Part shown: one piece after another, positions 62,801 through 64,000 of the stretch
Position numbering within the stretch: position 1 is the stretch's first letter
Layout of the letters: each line of letters begins with the position of its first letter
Source of the DNA: Epiperipatus broadwayi
Lineage: Eukaryota > Animalia > Onychophora
DNA: 64,000 nucleotides
Direction of reading: 5' to 3'
Assembly (NCBI GenBank): GCA_028023455.1
Contig: JAQFVV010000005.1
Span: 5,332,001-5,396,000 of the forward strand
The notes under the pieces: generated by a model
What the model saw: only the letters and a program-made list of their open reading frames with translations
The model's database searches: none
Told to the model about the DNA's origin: nothing
Position numbers and translations under genes: made by a program

Positions 62801-64000
62801 TTATCTTAAAGAAAAAAGATTTATTTCAGAGTTTGAGAGAAGGTGGACGGGGGAGAGGGAAGAAGTCATGCTGAAGAAGTACATGATCTGGTTAAGTAAA
62901 TAATTTTTCAAAAAAAGTATTGCATACATGTAAAAAAAATCTTTCTTAAACAAATAGCCCTAAAATAAGTGACTACAAGATTAACTTTTATAATTCTAAA
63001 AAAGCTATTTTTATATGTTCTTTTATAGATATAAAAAAAAGTCTGTGTGTGCACATATATTTATACAAATATACAGTAATAGAAATGGTTAAGAAGGAGC
63101 AATTCAACTAATGTGTTTAATTAAGAATAATTGGATGCTTTAAAATAATCTGAAAAGCTCTATAGACTTTCTAATGTTCCACACTTTATGCAATTTGAAT
63201 ATAGAAACTAAAATCCTCACTGCTAAGATTATAAATAGGAACTGTAAATCTCAAATTTCTATCAACTACATAATTTCTTTTCTAAAATTAAATAACTTTA
63301 AATCGTGAGTGAAAGCTGATTGATTATTTACAAAATGAGTTCTCCAAATCATTCGTCATTCTTATCAAGACCTATTTTTATGAAACATGTCGCAATGAAC
63401 ATTAAAACATTAAGCACATTAAAAATATCCAATACTTCATCATAGTGAACATCATCAAAATGCCAAACAATTATCCTAACAATCTTTGATATTTAAGAGC
63501 AATTAACTGAACAAAAGAAATGCTTATGTGTGCGCATATATTTATACGTATATATACGCTGGAAAAAATGATATATAAACAGTAATAAGCAAACTAAAGA
63601 ATATTGTAGTGGAACAAATCTATTAATGTACTAATAAATCACATACTAACCCAGAATGGACTTAAATTTTTGCACAACATCAAAAAGTATCCGGACATGA
63701 ATTCGAACCCGCCTCTGCAAAATTAGTTTGTACTGAGAAGAACGTTGTCAAACGTAGGATAAAGGAGGCTTACTTCATAGCAAAAGACTCCTTCGCCATT
63801 ACTCGTAAAGAAGCATGTTTTGCTATATCAAAAAGATGGCTAATTGATTCATTTGCATAGAGTTTGCATATTATGATTCCAATAAATGAGTCATTGATTA
63901 TGAGAAATACACTTTCTAGAAAGCGTTAAGCCATTTTAATTGATTAATTGCTATTAATTTTACGTTATAAGTGTGATAGCACTATTTAATATTATTAGTG

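Noticed and set aside
63345-63400. GAAACATGTC with palindromic helix III
   Set aside because: The upstream CTGANGA core and helix II are not recoverable; only partial tcatt/aatga pairing.
63680-63800. tRNA gene on minus (GGGTTCGAATTC B-box)
   Set aside because: No A-box, acceptor stem or cloverleaf; at most a SINE remnant. The same applies to the B-box-like motifs at ~27118, ~28439 and ~46290.

Overview
Very AT-rich, CpG-depleted eukaryotic genomic DNA. It is most consistent with an arthropod/insect intronic or intergenic region; the organism cannot be determined from sequence alone. There are no prokaryotic operons, rRNA or CRISPR arrays. Most of the window is decayed transposable elements: three copies of one RTE-clade LINE family plus several other LINE fragments, a complete A|TC...CTAG|T Helitron with a duplicated PIF1-helicase C-terminal fragment, a 5'-truncated Penelope-like element (RT + GIY-YIG), a hAT MITE with an 8-bp TSD, a Tc1/mariner-type MITE, a probable solo LTR and a tRNA-Val(TAC)-like cloverleaf. 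One convincing host coding exon (55923-56216, minus, 98 codons, unidentified) and a few weak splice-signal exon candidates are present. The main unannotated signal is a dense set of minimal type I hammerhead ribozyme (HHR) motifs (CUGANGA-helix II-GAAA-short palindromic helix III-NUH). I read about a dozen intact-to-decayed copies by eye, in at least five sequence families. They sit either as direct tandem pairs about 365-450 nt apart (retrozyme/circRNA-like) or at the inner ends of head-to-head fold-back insertions. One fold-back couples a tRNA-type B-box to the ribozyme, and one family carries a recurrent non-canonical A.A closure of helix II. All structures were assigned manually. No folding, alignment or database search was run, and ribozyme activity is untested.
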